Notes: generated from the sequence alone by a model not told the origin. Positions 43,829 through 60,120 are shown, counted from the stretch's first letter. The stretch: 64,000 bases of DNA from the human T2T-CHM13v2.0 reference genome, Homo sapiens (GCF_009914755.1 NC_060930.1), one strand, 5' to 3'. A program made the numbers and translations.

Positions 43829-44341
43829 CACTGTCTTCTTTTTAAAGGACATGCTCATAAACTCATGACAAGACAAAAGCCAGGTGCTTGGGCAGAAGGG
43901 CCTAGGATCTGAGGGCCCAAACACCTTCAGCCAAGCTCAGACAGGATGGCTAGAACCTTGGCTCAAAGCTGGTGGCCCCTCAGGCTTCTGGAACAGGGTG
44001 GCTGGAAGGCTCAAGGCAACAGCCACGGTCTGGTGAATCACCCTTGGGTGGTAGTGCCCCTGCATTCAGAAGGCCAACAAGAAGCCTTCAATTCTCTAGG
44101 TAAGCAGTTGGCAAGACTAGGCTGGGGGCAGGTGTATGAGGGAACTGTAATCACAGCAGTATTAGTGGTGCCAATAATCATATTAAAGCAATCCTGCAAG
44201 ACAGGCAGGGTGAGGAATCAAGTGTGTCTCCTGGGATTTGGGCCTGAGCCACCAGGTAGGAGGATCGGGTCAGAGGCAAGGTCAGTGAATGGAGAGCTCT
44301 ATTTCTGTCTGGTTGTTTGAGGAGCCACGTCAAGTCAGCAG

Positions 44342-44672
44342 TGTGCTAATTATTGAAACTTATGCTTTCCTGCATTGTAGAGTTGACTATCTTTCTTATA
44401 TATCTTTTTCTTATAGCAAATGAAGGACTCCTTGAAAGAAGTGGCAGGGATCTCAAAAATATTCTTATCAATGTTCTGTATCTTGATCATAGTGGTGTTT
44501 ACACAAGGGTATGCATTTATGGAAACTCATCAAACTGGACACTTTAAGTCTGGGGTACCCAACCCCTAGACTAGTACCTGTCTGTGGTCTGTTAGGGACT
44601 GGGCTGCACAGCAGGAGGTGAGCAGCGGGCAGGTGAGCATTACCACCTGTGCTCTGCCTCCTGTCAGATCAG
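44342..44672 (+). repeat. Left arm of a 331-bp inverted repeat
   Basis: Reverse complement of 45084-45414; 7 substitutions and no indels by manual alignment. Confidence 0.97.
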
Positions 44673-44872
44673 GAGTTGAGAATAAAAGCTAAAATGGCTC
44701 TTGGCTATAGCTCTGGGTATAGCTTAACTAAGGAAATCAATCCAGAAATGCACATTGAACCCAGGTATCAGCAGGATGTGACTCCAGACTCTCTAAGGGA
44801 TATGAAAACATTTTTTAAAAACCACCTTAATCAAGTTATAATTCACATACAATAAAATGCAACCACTTAAAG

Positions 44873-45206
44873 CAGCAGTCCCCGACCTTTTTGGCACCAG
44901 GGACCAGTTTTGTGGAAGAGAATTTTTCCATGGACCAGGAATAGGGTGAGGGTAGTTTCAGGATGAAATTGTTCCACCTCAGATCATCAGGCATTAGATT
45001 CTCACAAGGAGCATGCAACCTGGATCCCTTGCATGCGTGGTTCACAATAGTGTTTGAGTGCCTGTGAAAATCTAATGCTGCCACTGATCTGATAGGAGGC
45101 CGAGCACAGGTGGTAATGCTCACCTGCCCGCTGCTCACCTCCTGCTATACAGCCCAGTCCCTAACAGACCACAGACAGGTACTGGTCTGGGGGTTGGGTA
45201 CCCCAG
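44873..45206 (+). mobile_element. MER1B-like hAT-Charlie element, full length, inserted in an L1M fragment
   Basis: cagcagtccccgacctttttggcaccagggacc...gggttgggtaccccag; perfect 8-bp TSD acttaaag at 44865 and 45207. Confidence 0.88.
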
Positions 45207-45414
45207 ACTTAAAGTGTCCAGTTTGATGAGTTTCCATAAATGCATACCCTTGTGTAAACACCACTATGATCAAGATACAGAACATTGATAAGAATATTTT
45301 TGAGATCCCTGCCACTTCTTTCAAGGAGTCCTTCATTTGCTATAAGAAAAAGATACATAAGAAAGATAGTCAACTCTACAATGCAGGAAAGCATAAGTTT
45401 CAATAATTAGCACA
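45084..45414 (-). repeat. Right arm of a 331-bp inverted repeat
   Basis: Pairs with 44342-44672 across a 411-bp spacer. Confidence 0.97.
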
Positions 45415-48400
45415 GGCTATGAGGGCCAGGGTATGGAGGGGGCAGCCTCTTGGGAAGTACCTGGTCCTAATGCCAATATACTTGGGACAGGAAGCTCTCC
45501 ATCACCCAGAGAGAGCCAAGGCAGAGGCAGGCCAGGCACCACAAGACCTGCTTCTCCCAAAATATTTCACTGGCCTGAAATGCCACCATGAGTCACCCCT
45601 TTGGTTTAAAACATTTGCTAGTCCCTCTGAAATAGCCATATTAAAATGTACATAAATGACCCACAAGACAACCTTTGAGGTGTGTGGCAATTTTACCTCC
45701 ACTGACATGTGCAGGTAAAATTGGTTATTGGATTCTGCTACCTCAGGAGAGGAGAGGGCAGCTGCTGGACTCCTCTCATCTCCTCATTTTTTAAAAAACC
45801 CCGTGAGAGAGTGATTTCCTTCTTTTAGGATGTCTCAAATCACTACACGGAGGCAAGCCCCATTTGAAAGCTTGTAACATCCATCCTAACCCCAAAAGAA
45901 GGGGGATTTTGTGAGAAGAATGAGTTCAGCAGGGATGTGGGAGAGGCCCAGCACAGGGGTGGGGGGGAATACCCAAAGTCCATGGTCATCAGGGGCATTG
46001 GGGCACTGAAGGTTAGGACTACAGGTGTTTCCCCCTGGAAAAGAAAAGACTGCAGAGGTAGGAGATTGCTGCCCTCAAATATCTGAAGGGTGGTCATGAG
46101 GAAAGAGGACTGGAATAGTTTGATGTGACCTAGTTGGGAGTAGGGTGGGGAAAGCCAGAAGGCAGCAGGTTTTAGCTCAACGTGGGGAAGAACTTTCTTA
46201 TGGTCAGAGTTACAGGCAAGGGAATGGGTTGCCCCAGGAAGTGGTAAGATCCCTGTCATTAAAGGTATGTAAGCTGAACCCAGACACCCCTTAGCAAGAA
46301 TTCAAGCTCTTAGGTCCCTTCCATCACTGAAATTCTCTAATTTGTTGGTAATCTCATGGGTAGCCCTTAAGAAGCCCCAAACCAACAAATATTAGTTGAG
46401 CAATTGCTTTGTACAAGGCAGGATGGGGCTTGGACGCCAAGGCACAAAAGCCATGGCCTCTGGCCTCTATTTAGCTGGGCAGGTGGTATAGGGGCAGGGT
46501 GTGTTTAGAATCACAGAAAGGATAGAAAACACATACTTTTACATTTCAGAAGGAGGAGATCCTGCCAAGCGCTACAGTAGTCCAGGGAGGCTCCCAGGAG
46601 GAGGCAAGATGGGGGAACAAGCCCTGGGAGAGTCTTCAGAATTCAGACAGGTAGAAAGAAAGCAGAGGGTCCCATGACGGGGGAGGTAGGAAATGATGAG
46701 GTGCCAAGCTAGCTGGAAGGATGGAACATGAGGGAATAAACAGAAGTATTGGAGAGTGAGCTGAGGAGGCTGAGAGAAGATGGAGAGGAAACAGCTCTGG
46801 GAGGACCAGGAGGGGCACGAGTCCACAGAGGACAGGCAAGGCCCAGAGTGTGGCCTGGGGCCAAGGCATCACTGGGGCGCCGAGGGTGTGTGGGGTGGAT
46901 TTCTCTCCCACCCCCAAATGTGCTGCAGACCACCAGGCACAGCGCCCCAAGAATGCCTCTCACCCCCTTCCCTCAGCTCCGCCATGGCCTTCGTACCCCT
47001 TAGGGCAGTGAGCGCTGGAGAAAGACAGGAAAACCCACAAAAATCTTCCAAATAAGACAAATATGTAGTGCAGACAAAGGCCGCTTTGGGTGGGATGAGG
47101 TTTCAGTTGCTCCCCAGTGGGGCGGACCCGTCAAAGTGGCTTGTGGCCACAGAAAAAATGCGTCATCTCCTGCTCTGGGTGGGGGCTCGTTGTCTCAGCT
47201 ACCCCCAAAGAAAGCCCAGGCTGGGGGTTCCCATGGCCGGGGAATTGGGTCCTCCAAGTCACCCACATGGCCCTGCTCACCCTTCAGCAGGGCATCCAGG
47301 CCTTCTCGGGGAACTGGGAGACCCACTTTGGGGTGTTGGTGGGGCTGTTTTAAGCTGTCCCCTTGCTGCAGCTCCCGGCCTTCCTGGTGTGTGGTGAGTC
47401 CCAGGGCATGGCTGGGGTGGGAGGCGCCTGTGCAGCCCCTTAGAACCTCATGAGAGTGTGAAGGGCCGAGAGTCAAGTGGTGTTTGCAATGGAAAAGTCA
47501 GGTGCCGCCAGAAGCACCTCATTAGGGACAGGGGTATAGGGGGTGATGGGAGGAGGCGAGGGCAGGCGCTTTCCTCTGCCGCCTGTCTCCCCAATCCCCT
47601 CCCCACTCCTACACCCCTCCAGGCTCCCAGGCCCCTAGGGTTCATTCCATTTCTGCTCCAGTTCCATGCCTGTTAATGGCCATTGTTCTGTGGAGAAAGA
47701 CAAAAATGTTTTCAGTTTAGAGGCATTGTTTTGGACTTTCTCTCTGTGGGCCACGGGCCTGGATGGGAGTCCTCTTGGCAGAGTGGCCCCAGGCAAGGAG
47801 AGGTTGGTTGCACTGGGAGGTGGGGGTAGGGTAATGGGGGAGGAGGGCTGGATGAGAGGCTGAGTGGAGTCCTCCGTCTGTGCTGGGTGTGCATAGGGAC
47901 AGCCCCCAAGAGAGGTCAGTCCCCTCCTGTCTTTGGCCCCCTCCTGGCCTCCAGTCCCATCCCAGCTATTTTGGCCCAGGCATAATTTTCTCTTTAGGCT
48001 CCCTGACTTTGGATGGGTGAGCAACTTTCTCTCTGTGGGCCTCAATTTCCTCATCTGTAAAATGAGAGGCTTCGAAGACTCTTCCTTGTTCTATGCCTCT
48101 GGACTCAACAGCTCAGTCACATGAACAGCCCCTTCTTTGCTCCAAGACTCCAGTGGTCAGAACCGGCCTAGAATTCGGGCAGTGGCCACCTAGGCAGCAG
48201 GCTTTGAGTGGAAAAGTACCTGCCCCTGGCACCATAAATGTCTTTGACTTACTTTGTGGTCTGGAATTCAATCACTAGAGATTCACTCTTTGGGGGCCTG
48301 TTTCAAATGCCATTTTCAATAAGTGGGGAGATAATTGCTAATACCTTCCAACACTGACTGAGAATAATCCTTTGCTTATATATTACTCTTCACAATGTTG

Positions 48401-48879
48401 AAATCGTTTTCAGCTATATGATCTCATTTGAGGCTGCAACAACCCAGGGATTAGCTGACCATTGAAGGGTTAAGATCCCACAAGCTGTGACTCAAGATAA
48501 GAACTTGGAAGCAGGTGGCCTCCTTCTAGGAATTACCTGTATTTTAACAAAGGAATATCTTGAGGATAAAAATAATCACAAAGCAATCCCTCTGTAGGTG
48601 GCAGAAATTTCAAACCCTGGGACACCAGGCAGGCAAAGCTGTCTGGGGTGGCTTGGAATGAGGATGCTGTGCCCAGTGGGTGCGTGCTCATTCAGCCCAG
48701 AGCAAGGCTGAGCCTGTCTAGTGCCTGCCCCTGCCCACTGTTGTCAAATCAAGTGACCAGCCTTCAAGTGCTCACTAGACCCCTGGTGGGGACAAATCGG
48801 TGTCGGCAGGTATCTGGGTTCACAGGAAACACCCACAGAATGATTCCAGGAAGTCAATAATGATATTTAAAGCAGAGTC

Positions 48880-49180
48880 AACCGCGCGCTGTGGCTCACA
48901 CCTGTAATCCCAGCACTTTGGGAGGCCGAGGCAGGCAGATCATGAGGTCAGAAGTTCAAGACTAGCCTGACCAACATGGTGAAATCCCGTCTCTACTAAA
49001 AATACAAAAATTAGCTGGACATGGTGGCAGGTGCCTGTAATTCCAGTTACTCAGGAGGCTGAGGCAGGAAAATTGCTTGAAGCAGGGAAGCGGAGGTTGC
49101 AGTGAGCCGAGATCATGCCATCACACTCCACCCTGGGTGACAGAGCAAGACTCCGTCTCAAGGTAAAACAAAAACAAAAA
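48880..49180 (+). mobile_element. AluS
   Basis: Dimer; TSD cagagt. Confidence 0.92.
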
Positions 49181-49765
49181 CAGAGTAAGGAAGAGTTTAA
49201 GTGCTGTGGTGAGGGGATAGAGAAGTCAGGGAGGTTGGGGCTGGATAAGAACTAGTGTGGAACATGGAAGGCTAAGGAAGGAAGCCATGGGAAGCCATGG
49301 AAATACAGGGGTGGAGAAGTGGTGGTCTTCTACAGGGAGGGCCACCCAGATAAAAAGGTTATGGCTTGTGGGTGTTGGATGAGGGCATTTTGAAACTGGC
49401 CTGGAGTAATTGGATACCGATCCTGGAACAGACTCTGTGTCTACAATGAAAAAGAATGACCATTTATTAGGGCTTCTAGATTTAGGTGTTTTCTGTTCCG
49501 TATTTTGCTTGAGACTTGAACTATCCTAGAGGTAGATTTTATCATTCACAGTTTACAGAGAATTCAGAAAGGGCATAAAATCTGCCTAAAGTCATACAGC
49601 TCGAAAGTGGCCACACTGGAAGTCAAACCTGAGTCAGCCAGCTCCAAAGCCTGCTTTCCTGCCACTTCGGCAAAGTGATATCTATCTGCTCACATTGCCT
49701 CCTCTTTCCCCATGACAGTGTTCTTGAGGCACAAAGAGCATCCTTGGTATTTCCTGCACAGGTAA

Positions 49766-50155
<390 letters not shown>

Positions 50156-50189
50156 TAAGATGACCACAAGAAGAAGAAAGTATCTCTAC

Positions 50190-50390
50190 ACAGCAGTTTT
50201 TCTATAAAGGGGCATATATAGTATATATTTGGGGTTTTACAGGACATATCATCTTCTTGTAACTACTCAACTATGGGGAAAGTAGCCATTAGCATTATGT
50301 AAGTGAATGGACGTGACTGGGTTCCAATAAAACTTTATTTATTAAAACAGGAGTCAGGCCAGATTTGACCCTTGATCCACAGTTTGCTGT
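50190..50390. mobile_element. MER58A-like hAT element
   Basis: aatggacgtgactgggttccaataaaactttattt...ggccagatttgaccc...cagtttgctg. Confidence 0.75.
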
Positions 50391-50822
50391 TTGAGAAGGA
50401 GAGCTTTGCACAGATGGAAGAGTTAAGTAACGGGGCATGAGTTAAGCAACAGGATGAGTGTCATGGACCAAGTGTATGGGCTCCCAGATATCCTGGGAAT
50501 ACCCAAGAGGTGGTGAGTGTACCAAGAGTTTATGGCATTTTGCATTTTGGAGAAACAGGAGAGGTGAAAAAGGAAAGACTGGGGTTAGATTGTGGGGGCT
50601 GGGCTTTAAATACCAAGCTGAGTACTACTGGGAGCAGAGATAATGTTCCCCCTACTGGGATACCATGAAGGTGACATTCATTTGTGAAACTTAAACTCAT
50701 AAGTACACCCCAGAGCAGAGCTGTAGCAGAGATAAGCCAGGCTTTGGGTTCCAGGGAATTTCCTGTAAATTAGTTTACATTTACAGGTAAATATGGAGTG
50801 CCATCACATCCCAGCATTTTGA

Positions 50823-51121
<299 letters not shown>

Positions 51122-51259
51122 TGAGGCTATTTTCTTATGTTAGCCAGGATGGTCTCGATCTCCTGACCTCTTGATCTGCCCGCCTCGGCCTCCCAAAGTG
51201 CTGGGATTACAGGTGTGAGCCACCGCGCCCAGCCTGAGGCTATTTTCTTATGTATTGTA

Positions 51260-53320
<2,061 letters not shown>

Positions 53321-53329
53321 AGTTTAGAG

Positions 53330-53518
53330 CTATGCTATCCAATACAGTAGAGCCTTGCTGCTTAAATTTAATTAAAACTAAATTAAAAATTCAGTTTTTC
53401 AGTTGCGGATGCCACACTTCAAGTGCTCAATAGCCACATGTGGTATGTGGCTACATGTTGGACAGCTCAAATATAGAACATTTCCATCACTGCAGAAAGT
53501 TCTATTGGATAATATTGG
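53330..53518 (-). mobile_element. MER3 hAT-Charlie element
   Basis: ttcaagtgctcaatagccacatgtgg...atagaacatttccatcactgcagaaagttctattgga. Confidence 0.85.
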
Positions 53519-53880
53519 CTTGGGGCTACTCCCTGTCATGGTTATATTTTTCATTAAATTTTTGGTGATTATTGATGTTCTGCTCATCCTTAATTTGCCA
53601 GCTTTCTGTTCACTGTAGCCTGTCTCTGTTACGGGGAGTGGGAGAGAGGTGAGTGGCCTGCTGACAGTCTTTCTCCTGGCTGAGGGCTCCCTATTCCTCT
53701 CCCAGAGTGTCAGTAGCTACTTGGAGTATTGCTTACCTCTCTAGCCCAGCACCTTGGGGCAAATCCACTGCTGCTAGCTGTTGAGCACTGGTGTTCAGGA
53801 ATATCCCTGGGACCTCCTCTGGTTTCTTTGAGTCTGTTGACTCAGGCTTGGAGTCCCCCAAACCACTCTTTTCTCCATAG

Positions 53881-54237
<357 letters not shown>

Positions 54238-55837
54238 TCTTTATAGCTTTGATGCCATTTATCTTTCTCTCTCACAGATCCAACATTTCTGATCTGCTGA
54301 TGGTTCTCTGTTTTATCACACGATATTGGATTTACTATTTTATTTGTTCCAAGAGTTTTTCTGTCATTTTGTGTATTGTAGCAGGAGAGACGGTCTTTTG
54401 CCAGCTTGACCCAAACTGCAACAATGCCTTTGTATTAGCATCACTCTGCTCCTTGTACACACATTTAACAACTAATGGTTGAAAACCTTGCAATTCTCAA
54501 ATTCAGACAGGTGCTAGGCTGGCTAAATTAGAATCACCTGATAATCCATGGACCCACTCCTGGGGGCTTTGAATGCACAGCTCGGCTTGGGAATCACTGG
54601 CCCACTAAGTGGGATGAGCAGGAAAGAGAATCATGTACCCAAGACAGACCACTTTCTTTGCAGGATAGTTTGTGGCCAATGCTCGAATGCCCAGGATCTC
54701 CAGTAGCCAGGTCACTGTTTATGTCAGTGAATGGGACAGCGGGTGAGTGTGGAGATGCGGAATTTAGGGACTTCTTTCCCTCAGGACTAATAGAGGATGA
54801 GAAATTGCAAAGCCCAGTGGATAGAACTCAAGGACAAGGGAGATACAAAAAGTACAATTGAATGGAATTGAGATGAATGATTGCTGCAGGCCTCTCTCCC
54901 TCCCACAATGATATCAACTCTGCAAACCCCAGAGATCAAAATGCAGCCAGAAAATTTCCCCATCTAGAGATTTTTAAAAAAACTTTAATTGCTATCCTAC
55001 TGAGGGGCCAACTCCAGCTTTGAGGAGATATATTTACTGGTTAGATTTTCAGTAATGATTATTATTGTTACTGTTAAGAAGAATACACTCATTGTCTCCA
55101 GTGAGCTCACTGTGCTGCACAAACATGACCTCATTTCTCCTCTGAATGGGGCAGGTATTGTTAACTCTGTTTTCCAAAAGAAGGACATGGAGGTCCACTG
55201 CAGTCCAACGCCTTGAGCAAGGCCACACATCAAGAGAGGGAGGGATGATGGAACCAGGCCCTGGACCTCTCCCATTTGGGTCCCAGGGCTCTTTGCAGAG
55301 ATCTAGGTTCATGTGTCCGGTCAGTCCCTTGACTTCACTTAGGATCACAGAGCTGGTTCTGGGGATCCGAGGGGATCAGAGAAGTCAAGATCACCAACAT
55401 CAGATACCAGGGGAGGAATAATCATCACCTTTCAGTGGCTCAGCCAATTCCATACTCCAGTCTCAGCAATCAAACCCTCCCTGGTTTGGCCCTGGTTTTG
55501 CTAGGCTCTAGCCTAACTGATTTCCCTCCCTACTTCCTCAACAACTTAGGGGACTCAACTACTTCACCCCCTTGGATCCACTCAGACTGAGAATCATATT
55601 CACATCAGACTTGTTCTTCTGCCCCATGACAAGTTCCTGCTGCCTGGATGTCACTTGGGTTAATTGCAGCACATTTTGGCCACTGTGAAATTCTTTAGGC
55701 CCCTGCTTCTGCCATCCCCTAAATTCTGTCCCAGATTACCCTCCCCACCTCCTACCCAAGCTTCAAGCCTCAGCATGCCCAGGAAACCTTCCCTTAACCT
55801 TCCAGAAGAGTCCCTCTCCCTCTCTGAACTCCTGCCA

Positions 55838-56030
55838 CCCTTATTCATTCATTCCACAGGTAATCACCGAGGACCTACCATGTGGCAGGCAGTACAGGAG
55901 ATGATGAGGACACAATAGTGAACAAGCCAGACATGGTCCCTGCTCTGATGGAGCTTACGTTCTAGTTGGGGAGAAGGGAAAAACAAAAGTAAATAATTCA
56001 GTAAGTTAAATATTTACAAGTTGTCATAAG
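55838..56030 (-). mobile_element. L2 3' end
   Basis: ttattcattcattcc...gtgaacaagccagacatggtccctgctctgatggagcttacgttctagt. Confidence 0.8.
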
Positions 56031-56052
56031 CTAATATGAAAAGACCTCCCTA

Positions 56053-56352
56053 GGCCGGGCACGGTGGCTCATGCCTGTAATCCCAGCACTTTGGGAGGCT
56101 GAGGCGGGTGGATTACCTGAGATCAGGAGTTCAAGACCAGCCCGGCCAACATGGTGAAACCCTGTCTCTACTAAAAAATACAAAAATTAGCCGGGCATGG
56201 TGGCAAGCGCTTGTAATCCCAGCTACTCAGGAGGCTGAATCAGGAGAATTGCTTGAAACCAGGAGGCAGAGGTTGCAGTGAGCCGAGATCACGCCATTGT
56301 ACTCCAGCCTGGGCGACAAGAGTTAAACTCCATCTCAAAAAAGCGAAAACAA
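56053..56352 (+). mobile_element. AluS (Sq/Sx-like)
   Basis: Dimer; TSD aaaagacctccc / aaaaggcctccc. Confidence 0.95.
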
Positions 56353-56669
56353 AAGGCCTCCCAGTAAAATCCAAAGAAATTAGGGCCTCTGAAACTTACT
56401 CTAAATCTGCCCATATCTCTCCATCTTCCACCCTGTCCAAGAAAGAGCTTGGTTTATCGAGGTATGTCAAAAAGGGTTATATGTGGCTAAAGGGTGATGG
56501 TAGATGACAGCAGAGGGGTACAAGGTGGGGCAGGAGAGGGAGGCAAGGCTGGACTACACAAGGCCTTGAAGGCTGGGCCAAACGGCGGATTTCATGCTCA
56601 GAACAATGAGAAGACATGGTAGGATTTTTGACCAGGGAGTAACATGGGCTGACTTACACTTTATGATGG

Positions 56670-56897
56670 AGATTCTCAGTGGGGCAGGGGGAAGTGAAGA
56701 TAGGGGGTATGATTTCACTCCCCTCCCCCAGGGGACATGTGTCAATGTCTGTAGACATTTTTGGCTGTCGCAACGTGGGGAGGGAGTGCTGCTGCTGGCA
56801 CCTAGTGGGTAGAGGCCAGGGATGCTGCTAAATGTGCTACAATGCATAGGATGGCCCCCCAACAAACGTCAATCACGTTGAGGTTGTATGGCCCAGC
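56670..56897 (+). mobile_element. MER20
   Basis: ccccaggggacatgtgtcaatgtctgtagacatttttggctgtc...gggtagaggccagggatgctgctaaa. Confidence 0.85.
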
Positions 56898-59135
56898 TTT
56901 AAAACGACTCTGGCTGCCATATGAAGGATAGATTCTCAGCCCCCAAGAGTGGAATTAGGGAGAACACCTGGAAAGCCATTTAAATCAACTTCATATAGCT
57001 ATAGTATTGACCCACCTGAACCTTTCTCCCAAACCTTAACCTCCCTGATCTGGGGTCTCTGTTTTCTGTTGAGTGACAGCCAGTCAGCCAACCAGCCCAA
57101 GTCACCCTGCAAGAAGCCCCTTTGCATTTTAACAGGGACCTTCTGGAGACAATGCTTTAACCCAAAAGAACAGTCAGGCTGGCTGAGCAGCAGGGGGAGT
57201 CATGCCAAGGTATCACTGTGCAGAAGCCACCTGCTGTATGGGAGAGGATGAGGGTTTAGAGACCAACTCCAAGCACGCCCTTTTCCTCCATAGTCATAGT
57301 CAGCCCCTGTCATGCTAGCTGCTGCCAACTCGGCGCTCTCCTCCCTGACCCTGAGAATGCCAGGCCTGTACGGGCTGCAGAGGATCTGGACACTGAAAGC
57401 ATGTGATGCCCTGCACTTACTGCGAGTTTATGAGTATTTACACCAGCATGTAAACCTATCATTTACAGCCTCGGCATGTAAATCAACATAGAGTTCAAGG
57501 GCTCTCCTTTTGACTCCTCCCCACCAACTTGAGGTTGGTTTTAAGATTTGGGAAGCACATGATTGAGCTGTGGTGACAATGGGAGGTCTGTGGATAAGGA
57601 ACTCAAGGAGGAGGGGAAGGTCCCTCCTTAGAGGCAGGACTGGCCAAGCAGATGGTGAAGGAAGGAGAGTTTGTCTTCTGTGCCCCAGTTACGGCCCACT
57701 CTTCTACTAACACAGAGGTTGTTAACCTTTTGAGAGAGAGAGAGTTTGTGTGTGTGTGTGTGTACGTGTTGGGGTAGGGGGTGGGGGGACGGTTATGGAA
57801 ATTTTGAAGAAAGCTATAGAAAACCTCTCTCTGGAAGAATGGATAATGTGGACAAAAGTTTGTATACAATTTAGGAGACTCCCAAATCCCCTTAAAGTGA
57901 CAATATGAACTAATTCACACCAAAGTATAAGTGACTAACAATGTTCAGTTTATTTCCATTTAAATGGGGGAGGAAAGCCCTTAAATCGAGCTGGAGCTCT
58001 TACTAGGGAACTTCTCTAAATCAGTGGGTTGAGATACATTCTAAAGAGGCTGGAAAAGCATCTCCTAACTTCTGAAATCTCTGCATACTCCTATTGTACC
58101 TACATATAAAACTGAGTTTGGATATAGGGAAGCAACAGAGGGAGGAAGGGCGGCAGCATGTTTTTAGGCTAATTTAGACTCAAAAGGTCATCTGAAACTC
58201 CACCCAATGGGTTTTGTTGGGACTTGGGTACTAGATATTCCTGGTCAGCCAAAGTGTCTGATCTTGTTAATGGGCCAGTAAAAATTAGGGGGACAAAGGC
58301 CAAGCACTGGCTACTCAAATGAATCTCCTCTGCAAAAGCCGAGCAAGCAAGAGCAACTCGTAATGAGTTGTAACCAAGCAAACAGAGGAATCATTGTGTT
58401 TCATTAACTTTAATAGAACTTGTTAGGTTGGCTTCCAAGGGCTGTGGGACGGGAGAGAAAGCCAGACTCATCATCGGGGCTGGGGAGAAGGCTGGCTCTC
58501 GTGGACTGCCCCTGCGTTCCCCAGCACCAATCTGGAAGCAGCTGCTCTTGCTACCCCCATGGGCTCCCCAGCCCAGCACGACATCCTGGCTACACAGGCA
58601 AGGAGCCCAGGCCTCAAGGACTAATTCTTTCTTGCCAGGGTGGGGAAAGACAGAGACAAAGAGCTTAGGGCAAACCATCTCCAGGCTTGGGAAGGCCACC
58701 TGGCTCTGGGCACCTACAAAAAGGCCCCCTTCCAGGGACATCAAAAGTTCAGCTCCAATGCCCATAAGCCCCCACTAAAGGGGGGCTCTGGGCAGCCCAG
58801 AGCCCAGCCCAAGGACCACTATCAATGCCAGCCACAACCCTGTCTCCCTCTTCCTTCACCCCAGATCTGTCCAATACCAGAAAAATGAAAAACAAACAAA
58901 CAGGGCCAGCAGAAAACACATCACCAAACAAACTCGCCTCACATTGTCCTCTGTGGTTGGCCAGGGCAAGAAGCCAGAGGTCGTTTGCCTGGAAAAGCCC
59001 AAGTAGCTCCTTAAGCTTGGCCCCTGAACAGTTCAGGGTTTGCCTTGTCTCCTCCAGGGCTGCCTCCTTCTCTTTCTCTCTCTTCCTTCTCCATCTCTCT
59101 TTTCCTTCTGTCCATTATTTCCCTCCCTGTCACTT

Positions 59136-59440
59136 CTTTTTTGTTTGTTTGTTTGTTTGAAACGGAGTCTTGCTCTGTCACCCAGGCTGGAGTACAGTGG
59201 CCAAATCTCGGCTCACTGCAAGCTCCGCCTCCTGGGGTTCACACCATTCTCCTGCCTCAGCCTCCCGAGTAGCTGGGACTCCAGGCATCCGCCACCACAC
59301 CCAGCTAATTTTTTGTATTTTTAGTAGAGATGGGGTTTCACTGTGTTAGTCAGGATGGTCTTGATCTCCTGACCTCGTCATCCGCCTGCCTCAGGCTCCC
59401 AGAGTGCTGGGATTACAGGTGTGAGCCACCATGCCCAGCC
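59136..59440 (-). mobile_element. AluY
   Basis: caagctccgcctcc...ttcacaccattctc; TSD cacttctttttt. Confidence 0.93.
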
Positions 59441-59739
59441 CACTTCTTTTTATGTCCTCTTTTCCCCGTTTTTCTTTCTGTTCTCTTCCTGCATCCATGA
59501 TGAAATAAATTCACTAAAAATCAACACATTGAAGAAATCCTGGAGCACACATAAAGCTAATTCATGAAGTGAGCCCGCCATGCTGCTACTTTGCTGTAAA
59601 GTTGCCGGGTTCCCGGAGCCTATGCAACACTGTCAGTCGCTTAGCATCTGATGGAAACAGGCTCTTCATTGTCTAGCCCCATCCCACCTTTCAGATCTTC
59701 CTCCACACTCTCTGAAATACTTGTCTCTGATTGAACCAA

Positions 59740-60120
59740 TTATTAATTCCCTGAAGACATTCTCCTCTCCAAGTCTTTGCTCATGTTGTTCCTGCCACCT
59801 GGAAAGCCCTCACTCTCTTCACCCAACTCCATGTATGAGAATTCTATATATTCTTTGAGGTCAGCTTTAAACCCTTTCCTCCTCCACTGAGTTGTCCTCC
59901 TGCTTCCAGCTGGAATTAATCTGTGCTCTTTATGCCCTCATTAGAATTTTATGTTGGCACCTCCATGTTTGGACATTTACCACATTCTGCCTTATATTCC
60001 AATTATTTAGATGTGAATTTCTCTTGCCAAATCATAAACTTAAAAGGAGAAACCATGTCATCTTTGAATCCCCACATCCTTTAAGTCCCTGGTACATAGT
60101 AAGTGCACAATAAATGTCAA
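59740..60120 (+). mobile_element. L2 3' fragment
   Basis: ctttgctcatgttgttcctgccacctggaa...cctggtacatagtaagtgcacaataaatg. Confidence 0.65.

Noticed and set aside
44353-45403. Two near-identical 64-aa ORFs on opposite strands with a hydrophobic N-terminus
   Set aside because: By-product of the inverted repeat; the start codon is TTG and the ORF lies partly in a decayed L1 fragment
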